Virus record (IMG/VR): IMGVR_UViG_3300050030_000016
Length of the DNA: 41,343 bases
Strand: one strand, 5' to 3'
DNA from: a virus
This document shows, one piece after another, positions 41,213 to 41,343 of this stretch. The position numbers were made by a program, and so were the translations under genes. The notes beneath the pieces are model-generated. The model was not told where the DNA came from. It searched no databases and was given only the letters and a program-made list of their open reading frames with translations. Positions within the stretch are counted from its first letter, which is position 1, and every line of letters starts with the position of its first letter.

Positions 41213-41343
41213 AGAAACGACTGTATTTTTCAGATTGGTTAAGGCAGCGAAGGGCCATCCGTTCGCGGGCCTGTATGCCGTTGAACAGGTTTATATCAAA
41301 GCTGGCGCTATTGTTGAAAAGACCATTGTGCACGAATGGGATT
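41196..41343 (+). CDS. 5' part of the junction-spanning gene (continues at 1..330)
   Basis: ATG 41196 has GGGGG 6 nt upstream and overlaps the end of 40919..41212. It is in frame with 19..330 through the 127-bp overlap. Confidence 0.55.
   Translation, partial: MITKGKETTVFFRLVKAAKGHPFAGLYAVEQVYIKAGAIVEKTIVHEWD
41217..41343. repeat. second copy of the 127-bp terminal overlap
   Basis: Identical to 1..127. Confidence 0.95.

Overview
The window is one complete tailed dsDNA phage genome. Bases 1-127 are identical to 41217-41343, so the unique length is 41216 bp and the linearisation point cuts through a gene.

Layout:
- Rightward (+) arm, about 26 kb, running 38663 across the junction to 23614: a KTSC-domain gene, a tRNA, four small tandem paralogues, small and large terminase, portal, a 2.9-kb accessory cassette, scaffold, an initiator-like tRNA, major capsid, two tail-fibre paralogues, two tail-tube-like genes and four low-complexity internal-virion-like proteins. 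Two Endo VII-type HNH genes are inserted in this arm.
- Leftward (-) arm, 38304 down to 24610. It is driven by near-consensus sigma70-type promoters that all share CC(C)TTGACA(A/G)A. It encodes a sigma-region-4/LuxR-type HTH protein, many zinc-finger mini-proteins, a prim-pol/helicase, a PD-(D/E)XK nuclease, a DNA methyltransferase, a DUF4406-like protein, a dNTP-pyrophosphohydrolase-like protein, a family A DNA polymerase, an HNH, a DEDDy exonuclease and an exported trypsin-like protease. Most of its genes are coupled by ATGA or TAATG overlaps.
- A small island at 23602-24613 looks like a lysis cassette.

I found no integrase, repressor module, phage RNA polymerase, reverse transcriptase or CRISPR array.

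All functional calls come from motifs read by eye plus gene order. No database search was possible.

The most interesting items are:
- the four-paralogue LGY..W mini-protein array (39490-40526);
- the portal-scaffold accessory cassette with a shared C-terminal module (4288-7196);
- the promoter family together with the sigma4-like protein, whose own -35 is palindromic;
- two non-canonical tRNAs;
- an ART-like module in a putative ejected protein;
- a YkuD-motif lysin candidate.
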